Assembly (NCBI GenBank): GCA_002269645.1
Contig: NIVC01000916.1
Location: forward strand, 1 to 64,000
Direction: 5' to 3'
Source: Macrostomum lignano
Lineage: Eukaryota
DNA: 64,000 nt
In this document: piece after piece, positions 37,946 through 48,722 of the stretch
Layout: every line of letters starts with the position of its first letter
Position numbering within the stretch: the first letter of the stretch is position 1
Position numbers and translations under genes: made by a program
The notes under the pieces: generated by a model
What the model was told of the DNA's origin: nothing
The model's database searches: none
What the model saw: the letters and a program-made list of their open reading frames with translations, nothing else

Positions 37946-40279
37946 ACTGCACAGACAGGGGGCAAATTACAGCCTACAGAGACAGGGAGGGGGCAAATTA
38001 CGTATTGTCCCCCTCCTATGCATGAAACCAATATAACATTTTTGACAACCCCATTTCTGCTGTCCCCAGCTATTAAACAGAAGACACTCATATTGCTTTT
38101 TTTCTGTTTCCCAATTTCAGTTCGTCAAGAATTTGCTGAAGAAGAGTTTGCAAGCACCAAAGCCATGTGTGTCCAATCCACAAGAACGCGAACAACATTT
38201 CTAAAAGCAATATTTTTTCCCATATCATTTCTGATTGTAATTTTGATAATCAACATCATACTACTTATTACTTAATTCGTAACACTCGCTAAGTAGCATG
38301 ATAAGGACATTTTCTAGATTTTAAAGCCTAATAGAAGTATTGAAAAATGGTGTTTAGATGCATACGTGTAGTTCGACTTTACAGACAGACATCCCGCACT
38401 TTAAGATGGCGCATTTCCTTACAGTAATAAATTTCATTTTTGTCTTATCATTCGCTGTAAATATAGAATTGCAATCATACTCGAACTCATACTCAAGTTT
38501 CCGGCTTGCTGTATATAGTAAGGCTTGAACGTTCTAATTTGCTATTAAAATCAATGGATACTTATACTTGTAAGCTTTTATAACTTTTTGATAATCTCGC
38601 ACAGAGATCTGTAAAATATTATTTTTTCACCTGTACCAAATATCTATTTTATGTGTATACTACTAAATAAACACAGTGTTTCACCGAGAAAAAAATTAAA
38701 AGCATTATAAAGTTGCAGATCCTTCTTGGGTGCATTCTTAGAACAATTGTAGCTTAAAGTACTTCTCAGTAAGCATAAAAGTAATATATAGTTAATCAAT
38801 TAATTAGATTGCCACTGTCTGGGGGTTTGCAGAATCTGCAGAGTGCAAATCTTATAAGCCTGTGTGGGCCTATATGGTTAGCAAGCATGCGTTCGTGAGT
38901 TGGCCTCATTAATTATTAATTAAAAAGTGTTTTTCGCCTTGTTTCTCGGATGGATCCGCCTTTTAGGCAACTGTGGGCCATGTGGGAGAATTTCCCCATG
39001 TGCAGAAGAAATCCTGTCTTGTCTAGATCTGTATTCTCCCACGTATATTATTGATCAGGTTAGCGTAACCCCCCAGCGCAGCTGCTCAATTGACAGCCTC
39101 ATCAACTCTCGTTCAAGGACTACTAGACTATAACGAAGTGTTCCTACTAGTGGTCCTTGCTCTCGTTTTGGCCTCCCCCTGTCCCACCCACCCACTCAGT
39201 CTCCCCTTGTCCCGGGGGAACAAGGCAACAGTCACATCCGCATAAAACCCCTGCATCTCTCCACTGTAGCGTATGGGCATTCCGCAACAAATATAACAAT
39301 AGACCGTAGTGCCACCCAATTCAGTTGCTTTCATTCGCTTGTCAAATCGGGATTCAGCTCAAGAGAGAGAGAGAGAGAGCGGTGAGGAGAGACAAACTCA
39401 CTTGAAAGAGATCTTCCTACTAGAGGCAGTAGGGGAACCGCGGCTGCTCTGGAGGGGGTGCAGGAAGCGGCTGGGAGCGCAATAATTTAAATGCAGACAA
39501 TTGCGGAGGAGCAGAGCCACTCGGCTGAGCTGGCCGCGTTCCCACGGAAACTGGAGGCCGAGCGCGTTAAACAGCTACAGCAGAGCAGAACTGGTAGCTA
39601 CCTGCGGCTGCTGGATCCGAAGGAGGCGCATTGCCCGGAGCGCCAGGTGAGCTGATTTATGATATAGTGAAATACAAAGTAAATATCCACAGTGAGGGCA
39701 CGAAGGGACTTCTATTATACGAGTTAGACTCAGCCTCAGCGAGTTACGTCGCTTTTCCATATTTTTTTCTTGCAAAAACGGCCCTCAAAAGTTTTTTAAG
39801 ACAATAAGTTTCCCTTTTTCCTCGATAAGTCGCTCTTGTCTCCATTCCATCGCTTAATTTGGCATCAGATCCCCTTTCGTGAGCCCATTGTCTGCTGATT
39901 GCTTTCGAGTGTACATGTAAAGTCTTGAGTTCCCAGCTTGTGTCACCCAACCAATCATCATTGAAGTTCGCTGTTTGCCCACCAAGCGAGCTCGCAACAG
40001 AGACAGCCTCCGCCTCATCCAGCCAGTGGTCCTCAGCCGAGCGGCAGCTGAAGCATCATCACTGCTGCGCAGCGAACAGTCACTGGGAACAGGGAGCCGA
40101 GCTTTGGCAGTCGGAATTCACGGATTGCTACAGGGGCCACCCTTCACAGAATTCGGTAAGGTTTTCATTGCAAGATCTGGCGAGGTTTACCTGCCCTGGG
40201 CTGACTGTCTCATTGTGGTATGGTAGGGGCTGTCGCTTCCAGCTTTAAATTTCTGCTGAATCTGTTTGCGCTGGTTGCA

Positions 40280-40293
40280 GTTGCCATGGCAAG
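40280..40293. promoter_or_regulatory. RFX X-box-like motif
   Basis: GTTGCCATGGCAAG matches 13/14 of the palindrome GTTGCCATGGCAAC, 250 nt upstream of ATG 40530. Confidence 0.45.
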
Positions 40294-40529
40294 TCTGAGA
40301 CGCAGCCCAACATCCCGCAGGCTGGCATCGAAGCCGACCTGTACAAAAGTCACATCTTCAATCCCGGTGACAATTCCGCAAATAAAAAGTCGAACTCATC
40401 GAGTCTTTTCAACCTGCCGAAGGTGAGAATCGATTGAAATTTTCTCCACTCTTTACCTGATTCTTTTAAAACCTAAAAAAACGATTTCGCTTCTCGAACC
40501 GCGCGCCCCTACTGCAGCTCGCGGGCGCC

Positions 40530-42586
40530 ATGAGCAGCCAGAGATACCCCAGGCCGAGTGCCACCCGGCCGTCCGACGACCTCCCGACCGCGCCCTGGCA
40601 CTCGCACTGGACTCCCACCGTGGTTGCCAGCCTGATGAAGGGCGGACTGCGGGACGGCGACGCTGAGGAGCAGCTCGGCCGGCACCCGCCGCCGCCGCTG
40701 CTGCCAGCCGACTTTCAACCGGATGTGGCGCGCAGGCGGAGGCGAGAGCAGCTGGAGACGCACTTTGGCGATCGGAGCGAAGCCGCTTCAGCCATGCCAG
40801 TCACGTGAGTTTCTGCTTCTCCTTTCCCACTGGTTGTTTTGTTGTTTATTCGACGGAGGCGTTTCAATATCCATCATTTTTTATTGGGGGATCTCGTACA
40901 CTTTGTGATGGCCGCCATCGATGGGCCATGGGTGCCAGCACCAAGTGGCGCCAGCACCAAGTGGCGCCAGCACCAAGTGGCGCCAGCATCAAGGGACGCC
41001 AGCCAATGCAGCATCTGAACTTATCCAACCTCTCCCCCTCCCCAACCATTCCAGAAGCACCACATTCGCCGACGCGTTCGGTCGCGACGTCGCCGTGACG
41101 CAGATTCGCAACGTGTACGACGCCAGGCGCTTCCTGGAATCCGACTCGCAGCAGCCGGCCGTCGCGGCGAAGCTGCCAGCGGCTGCCAAGCCCAGCGCTG
41201 GCGATTTGAAGAGGTCCAGCTGGCAGGTCAGTCAGTCGTAGTCAAGAGAAAACTAAAAAATAACTCTCTGTACTCTGTAGACTCGAGCCAGTCATGGTTT
41301 CAGCCTCAGGCATGCAGGAAGTGGCAAAGCAGTTTTTTTCTAACGCTTTTTCCTTGCTCAAAACCGCCCAGCCCGCAGAGGCGGCCTCGCCCGGCGCCGC
41401 CCTCAGCAGCACCTACCGGAAGGACTTCCGCCTGGACTCCTACCCGCGGCCCTACATCCAGCCTCCGATGGGGGACTCGGCGCCGCTGCCGCGCATCGGA
41501 GGGTCGCGGGCGCCAGCGGCCGGGGGAGCGAGTCGCAGCGACTACTCAGGAGAGGACTTTGGACTGCTGGCATCCCGGGTTTGCGGATTCACTTGATGTG
41601 TTTTGCTTTTTATGCACTCTAAATTTTCATCCTGCATTTTGAGTCCCCTTTGCTTGTCCGACTCTGACAAACGAAGAAATATCCCCCGTACAAATCCCCA
41701 GTAGAAATCTCCCAAATAGAAATCTCCTCAATAGATATCTCCCCAATAGAAATCTCCACAAAGGAAATCTCCCTAATAGAAATCTCCCCAATAGCAGCCT
41801 CCTAGTAGAAATCTCCCCAATGATAATCTCCCTAATAGAAATCTCCCCAATAGAAATCACCCCAATGGAAATCTCTCTAATAGAAATCTCCCCAATGGAA
41901 ATCTCCCCAATAGAAATCTCCCCAATGGAAATCTCCCTTATAGAAATCTCCCCGTAGAAATCTCCCCAGTAGAAATCTCCCCAGTAGAAATCTCCCCAGT
42001 AGAAATCTCCCCTGTAGAAATCTCCCTGTAGAAATCTCCCCAGTAGAAATCTCCTCAGTAGAAATCTCCCCAGTAGAAATCTCCCCTGTAGAAATCTCTC
42101 CCAATAGGAATCTCCCTAATGGAAATCTTCCCAATAGAAGTCTTCTAATAGAAATCCCCCAGTAGAAGTCTCCCCTAGTAGAAATCTCCCCCAGTAGAAA
42201 TCTTTCACAGACGCGAATCTCCCAGTAGTTCAAATTTCAAGCAAATCACGCTACTATCAGTAGAGAAAACGGTTTGATTTATATTAACCGAAACAAATTC
42301 TTGGCAGAAAGCGGAGAATGACCGGGCAGCCAGGGAGGCCGCCGATTTCTGCTTTATCGGCGCCGGCGGTCGGCGCGCCATCCGCGGCGCCAATTCGGCT
42401 GACTTCCGCAGCCACCGAGGCTGCTCGGTGAATCTCGCAGACTACGGAGACTTCGGCAGCTCAGCGTACAGGGTGAGAGGCTGGGAGTTGACTGATCCTC
42501 AGGCATGTACTGGCTTTGGCACACGAGCCCCCCAATGGATGCGGGACCAGGGGTCGTGGCGCGAGAGTGAGACGCTACCGTCCTGA
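40530..42586 (+). CDS. putative ciliary/flagellar microtubule-inner-protein-like gene (Mn-type S/T-Y-x-x-D-F repeats)
   Basis: Phase-compatible exons 40530-40804, 41055-41226, 41372-41578 and 42308-42586 contain STTFADAF, SSTYRKDF, SRSDYS and SVNLADYGDFGSSAYR. The donor at 41579 is weak. Possible upstream exons at 39491-39646, 39987-40155 and 40281-40422 need a frameshift to join. The family call is an inference. Confidence 0.5.
40930..40992 (+). repeat. 16-bp tandem repeat, intronic
   Basis: About 4 copies of GCGCCAGCACCAAGTG. Confidence 0.9.
41670..42225 (+). repeat. 15-bp minisatellite, intronic
   Basis: AGAAATCTCCCCA(A/G)T, degenerate, about 35 copies. Confidence 0.95.
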
Positions 42587-42939
42587 TTGAGTCGCCCCGC
42601 TCAGCTTGCCCACCGAGCATGGTGGAATTATGAAACCTAATTGAGCCATTCAAATCTTCCAGAGACAGTCGAGATTCCCGGAGCGAATCGCCTACAAGGG
42701 TGTGGCGGACAGCCTGCAGTTTGCCTGAACTTTAAAAACTGAAAATTTTCTTGAAGTTTCAATCGCTTCAGCATACTTCTAGAAACTTTGCTTGTACCCT
42801 GAGAAAATTTGCACTTTTCCTTTGTGTTTTTTAGATAGAAAATTTGTTTCCTCTGCATTTTGTATTTTGTCAACTTTTTATCTGCCTTGCTCCTTTTGCT
42901 CAAGCACTATTAGAGGAAGAAAAATAAATAAAAAATATC

Positions 42940-43013
42940 TGGTCGGGGAGGGGCTCGAACCCTCGACCTTCGCGTTATCAGCACGACGCTCTAACCAACT
43001 GAGCTACACGACC
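42940..43013 (-). tRNA. trnI-GAU: tRNA-Ile, anticodon GAU
   Basis: Reverse complement GGTCGTG TA GCTC AGTTGGTTA GAGC G TCGTG CT-GAT-AA CGCGA AGGTC GAGGG TTCGAGC CCCTC CCCGACC A forms a full cloverleaf with one acceptor mismatch. A and B boxes are intact, a downstream T-run terminator is present and there is no encoded CCA. Anticodon at 42977-42979. Confidence 0.95.
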
Positions 43014-43199
43014 TCGCTGACTCACTCCGCACTGAGCCGGTGCGTTGCCGGGAATTCGAAAGGGCTAAATCCCACAAAGGTCCTTATCTGTGACGGTCCA
43101 GACATGCTGCAGCCTGGCTGCCTGCCAAGTATTAAGAAAATGCTTAAGACTTGGGCTAAGGAGTGAAAGAACAATTGTGCGAAATATGACCTGAGTGAG

Positions 43200-45280
43200 C
43201 ACGATCTGATTCCCTCTGTGATCACAATCTGATTCTCACTGTGATCACAATCTGATTCTCACTGTGATCACAATCTGATTCTCACTGTGATCACAATCTG
43301 ATTCTCACTGTGATCAAAATTTGATTCTCACTGTGATCACAATCTGATTCTCACTGTGATCACAATCTGATTCCCTCTGTGATCACAATCTGATTCCCTC
43401 TGTGATCACAATCTGATTCCCTCTGTGATCACAATCTGATTCTCACTGTGATCACAATCTGATTCCCTCTGTGATCACAATCTGATTCCCTCTGTGATCA
43501 CAATCTGATTCCCTCTGTGATCACAATCTGATTCTCACTGTGATCACAATCTGATTCCCTCTGTGATCACAATCTGATTCCCTCTGTGATCACAATCTGA
43601 TTCCCTCTGTGATCACAATCTGATTCTCACTGTGATCACAATCTGATTCCCTCTGTGATCACAATCTGATTCCCTCTGTGATCACAATCTGATTCCCTCT
43701 GTGATCACAATCTGATTCCATCTGTGATCACAATTGATTCTTACTGTGATCACAATTTGATTCTCACTGTGATCACACTTTGATTCTCACAGTGATCACA
43801 ATCTGACTCTCGCTGTGATCACAATCTGATTCCCTCTGTGATCACAATCTGATTCCCACTGTGATCACAATCTGATTCCCACTGTGATCACAATCTGATT
43901 CCATCTGTGATCACAATTGATTCTTACTGTGATCACAATTTGATTCTCACTGTGATCACACTTTGATTCTCACAGTGATCACAATCTGATTCCCACTGTG
44001 ATCACAATCTGATTCCCTCTGTGATCAAAATCTGATTCCCTCTGTGATCACAATCTGATTCCCTCTGTGATCACAATCTGATTCCCACTGTGATCACAAT
44101 CTGATTCCCTCTGTGATCACAATCTGATTCCCACTGTGATCACAATCTGATTCCCTCTGTGATCACAATCTGATTCCCACTGTGATCACAATCTGATTCC
44201 CTCTGTGATCACAATCTGATTCCCTCTGTGATCACAATCTGATTCCCTCTGTGATCACAATCTGATTCCCTCTGTGATAACAATCTGATTCCCTCTGTGA
44301 TCACAATCTGATTCTTACTGTGATCACAATCTGATTCCCTCTGTGATCATAATCTGATTCCCTCTGTGATCACAATCTGATTCCCTCTGTGATCATAATC
44401 TGATTCCCTCTGTAATCACAATTGATTCTTACTGTGATCACAATTTGATTCTCACTGTGATCACACTTTGATTCTCACAGTGATCACAATCTGATTCCCT
44501 CTGTGATCACAATCTGATTCCATCTGTGATCACAATTGATTCTTACTGTGATCACAATTTGATTCTCACTGTGATCACACTTTGATTCTCACAGTGATCA
44601 CAATCTGATTCCCACTGTGATCACAATCTGACTCTCGCTGTGATCACAATCTGATTCCCTCTGTGATCACAATCTGATTCCCTCTGTGATCACAATCTGA
44701 TTCCCACTTTGACCACAATTTGATTCTCACAGTAATCACAATCTGATTCCCACTGTGATCACACTTTGATTCTCACAGTGATCACAATCTGATTTCCACT
44801 GTGATCACAATCTGATTCCATCTGTGATCACAATCTGATTCCCTCTGTGATCACAATCTGATTCCCTCTGATTCCCTCACAATCTGATTCTCATTGTGGT
44901 CACAATCTGATTCTTATTGTGATCACAATCTGATTCTCATTGTGGTCACAATCTGCTTCTCATTGTGATCACAATCTGATTCCCATTGTGATCACAATCT
45001 GGTTCCCACTGTGATCACAATCTGATTCTCACTGTGATCACAATCTGATTCTCACTGTGATCACAATTTGATTCTCACTGTGATCACAATCTGATTCCCT
45101 CTGTGATCGCAATCTGATTCCCTCTTGATCGCAATCTGATTCTCACTGTGAACACAATCTGATTCCCTCTGTGATCACAATCTGATTCCCTCTATGATCA
45201 CAATCTGATTCCCTCTGTGATCACAATCTGATTCCCTCTGTGATCACAATCTGATTCCATCTGTGATCACAATCTGATTA
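43200..45280 (+). repeat. 23-bp minisatellite carrying a 10-bp palindrome
   Basis: About 90 copies of CTGTGATCACAATCTGATTC(C/T)C(T/A). TGTGATCACA is self-complementary. Confidence 0.99.
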
Positions 45281-45423
45281 TCACTGTACTTTATCTGAAT
45301 TTTTTTTTTTAAAATAAACAAAGAAATTAAAAATAAATTGACTGGCTGTGTAACTTGAAAACTTAATTAAAAAACATATTTTTATTATTAATTTCATTCG
45401 TACATTAAAGACCTCAGGATCAG

Positions 45424-45608
45424 TCAGCCATTGCATGCACACAAGCCGCATCTCGCTACTCATAGTAGAGTCAGCCATTGCATGCACACAAGCCGCATCT
45501 CGCTACTCATAGTAGAGTCAGCCATTGCATGCACACAAGCCGCATCTCGCTACTCATAGTAGAGTCAGCCATTGCATGCACACAAGCCGCATCTCGCTAC
45601 TCATAGTA
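45424..45608 (+). repeat. 47-bp x4 tandem duplication including the Tctex1-domain gene stop codon
   Basis: Unit TCAGCCATTGCATGCACACAAGCCGCATCTCGCTACTCATAGTAGAG. Its reverse complement contains TAC TAT GAG TAG. Confidence 0.95.
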
Positions 45609-46286
45609 GAACCAATAGGCGGCGGCGGAGGCAACGAAGGTCGGCCGGTCCAGACTGGCCGTGGCGCAGCCATCGCAGCCGGCGTCCAGCAGGCAGCGCG
45701 AGGCCTCCAGGCCGCCCTGGCGGGCCTTCTGCACCAGGCCGGCGGTCACGACCAGTTTGAAGCGGCGCGAGCCGGTCAGCGCCAATTTCAGGCGCCGCTT
45801 GACATCCTCGGCGACCATGCGGATGAGCTTGGCGCTGGCCCGCTGGCAGTAGTGCGACTCGCCCAGGAAGAAGTGCAGACTGTGCCGCAGAACCTGGCCG
45901 GGCTCGCCGGGCGATGCGAAGGCTGGCGCGGCCGGCCGCGTCTGGTAGGAGTTGTCGCCGCGACCGGCGCCGCCCCGGCGACCATGCAGAGCCGCATTGG
46001 CCGCCGCCTGAGCCTGAAGGCGAGCGCGGACTTCACGCAGTCGACGCTTGAGCACGATGAGCATCGACAGGCTCAGCTGGCGAGCCGGCTGCTGCTGCTG
46101 ATGCTGGTGATGAGGCAGCTGCAGGTGATGCTGGCTGCTTGGCGTCTTTGACCCAGCTTCTTCTCTGCGGAAGTGGCTCTGCTGCTGATGATGATGCTGC
46201 TGGTGATGCTGGTGGTGCGGCGGCAGGCTGAGCTGCACCGACTGCGGCTGCTGACGGCGGCGCTTCTGGTCTCCTCCGGCTGGCAT
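45597..46286 (-). CDS. Tctex1-domain dynein light chain (TCTEX1D/DYNLT family) with long Gln/His-rich N-terminus, 229 aa
   Basis: The C-terminal ~110 aa VLRHSLHFFLGESHYCQRASAKLIRMVAEDVKRRLK...RFKLVVTAGLVQKARQGGLEASRCLLDAGCDGCATAS...AAAYWFYYE* matches the Tctex-1 pattern (RFKLVV, SRCL.D...D, final YYE). Confidence 0.88.
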   Translation of the reverse strand: MPAGGDQKRRRQQPQSVQLSLPPHHQHHQQHHHQQQSHFRREEAGSKTPSSQHHLQLPHHQHQQQQPARQLSLSMLIVLKRRLREVRARLQAQAAANAALHGRRGGAGRGDNSYQTRPAAPAFASPGEPGQVLRHSLHFFLGESHYCQRASAKLIRMVAEDVKRRLKLALTGSRRFKLVVTAGLVQKARQGGLEASRCLLDAGCDGCATASLDRPTFVASAAAYWFYYE

Positions 46287-46679
46287 TGGCGACTGGCTGC
46301 CAAAGGAATGCGCGAGAGATGCGGCGAAGATCGATCAAATAAAAATCCGCAGGAGGGCTGCAGCCACCCTAGCATAATGCTGCCCATTCCACTGACTGCT
46401 GAGTATACAATTGTGCGCCAATGCTGTACACAGGCTTGCACTCACACACACGCTCACGCAGGGTGTACAGCAGCGGCCCAGACTTTCTAATCGTAAGGCA
46501 TGTACACTCTCTGTGCCTCGGGGGTTGGCCCAAATGGCTGTGAACCGAACGACAGCCCCCCTGACCTCTGACACCCTCCCTAAATAGCTCATGACGACAC
46601 CCAGAGATAGGTTTTTCTGACATGAAAAGTTTCTACCTTGGGCTACCTGAATGGGCTACTTTAGTACCATAAGTAGCAC

Positions 46680-46930
46680 TTCCTGACACCCAAAGTGGGC
46701 TCATCTGACACCCCAAGTAGCACTTCCTGACACCCTGAAGTGGCTCATCTGACACCCCAAGTGGCACTTCCTGACACCCAAAGTGGCTCATCTGACACCC
46801 CAAGTAGCACTTCATGACACCCTGAAGTGGCTCATCTGACACCCCAAGTGGCACTTCCTGACACCCAAAGTGGCTCATCTGACACCCCAAGTAGCACTTC
46901 CTGACACCCAAAGTGGCTCATCTGACATCC
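46680..46930 (+). repeat. 43-bp dimeric minisatellite
   Basis: Alternating TGACACCCCAAGTAGCACTTCC and TGACACCCAAAGTGGCTCATC. Confidence 0.93.
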
Positions 46931-47299
46931 CTAGCAGCACTTCCTTTTACTAACTTTTCTCAGACAACCCAGGTGATTTCTCAGATATCAAAAGCGACTC
47001 CCCCCGACATGCACTCGCAGCTGAGCACGAATATTCGAGATAAGGGCCGAGCCGAGCTGTCAATTTCCAGTCAGTTGCTACGCAAGTACAAGTAACTATA
47101 AATGTTCCAAATCTGCGCAAAGAACTCACCGAAAGAATTGAGCAGCGGGTCAATCAGCTCTCAATGCTGCCGCTGGCTAATAACAGGCTTAAGGCAGGTA
47201 TTCTCGTGTAGTTATATGGCCGCTCCCCAGTTCCAATAAGGCCAAACAATACGCAGCGGTATGCTAAACCAATATCGGATTATCCATCCAATCCACCTG

Positions 47300-47405
47300 G
47301 TTGTCAAGGCAACCAATCCCGTTAAAGCCGATGTGCTCTCTGCTTATCCGATAGAATATTCACATTCTAAGCTCAATCACGGCTGGAAAAGGTTGCCATG
47401 ACAAC
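47300..47405. promoter_or_regulatory. pair of RFX X-box-like motifs
   Basis: GTTGTCAAGGCAAC (47300-47313) and GTTGCCATGACAAC (47392-47405), about 1 kb upstream of the Tctex1-domain ORF. Confidence 0.4.
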
Positions 47406-47689
47406 GGGATCGCCGGAGTAGTAGAATCGTTAATTGGAGGCCCCGGAGTTCCCAGAGCAAGCGTGACAATGCAAGGCAAATGCCGGTTGTTAATTATTAA
47501 CCCGCTGCGAGAAATCGCCGTGTTTGCGTTCATTTGTGTGCACTGCTTGCGCATTAGGGTTGGGGGACCACACAGGGCTTGCACAGCTGCAGTCAGGAGT
47601 GAGTTACTATTGCAATAGGTGGAAACTGCGAGGACAACTCCATTAGAGCAATCCACATAATTCTTACTCCATAACTGCCTGAATAAATT

Positions 47690-48490
47690 GGATGGTGTCA
47701 CGAGAATCTGAACAGTGTTGAGAAGCTAAATGGTACCACGGGAATCTGAATGTTGTCACGAGAATCTGAATGGTGTCACGAGAATCTGAATGGTGTCACA
47801 AGAATCTGAATGGTGTCACGAGAATCTGAATGGTGTCACGAGAATCTGAATGGTGTCACGAGAATCTGAATGGTGTCACGAGAATCTGAATGGTGTCACG
47901 AGAATCTGAATGGTGTCACGAGAATCTGAATGGTGTCACGAGAATCTGAATGGTGTCTAGAGAATCTGAATGGTGTCTAGAGAATCTGAATGGTGTCACG
48001 AGAATCGGAATGGTGTCACAAGAATCGGAATGGTGTCACGAGAATCTGAATGGTGTCACGAGAATCTGAATGGTGTCCCGAGAATCTGAATGGTGTCACG
48101 AGAATCTGAATGGTGTCACGAGAATCTGAATGGTGTCCCGAGAATCTGAATGGTGTCACGAGAATCTGAATGGTGTCACGAGAATCTGAATGGTGTCACG
48201 AGAATCTGAATGGTGTCACGAGAATCTGAATGGTGTCCCGAGAATCTGAATGGTGTCACGAGAATCGGAATGTTGTCACGAGAATCGGAATGTTGTCACG
48301 AGAATCTGAATGCTGTCACGAGAATCTGAATGGTGTCCCGAGAATCTGAATGTTGTCACGGGAATCTGAATGGTGTCACGAGAATCTGAATGGTGTCACG
48401 GGAATCTGAATGGTGTCACGAGAATCTGAATGCTGTCACGAGAATCTGAATGCTGTCACGAGAATCTGAATGGTGTCACGAGAATCTGAG
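47690..48490 (+). repeat. 20-bp minisatellite
   Basis: About 38 copies of GAGAATCTGAATGGTGTCAC. Confidence 0.99.
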
Positions 48491-48722
48491 CAAAAAGCAA
48501 AAAGCCGAAATCATCAAGAATTCTTCACAAATTGAATTGCAAAACGACAGACTTCAAACTTAAGTTCTAGCCATCAGAAGTGGATTATATTTTTAAGCAA
48601 AACAACTACAATGCGAAATTTGAGGTTAAGAAGCTGCACTGTTTAGAGTTGATTGGTGAGAGTTCTGCTAGGAGATGCTGGGCTTGCAGATTTGCTAAGA
48701 TACTACCAGAAAGTCGATGCAG

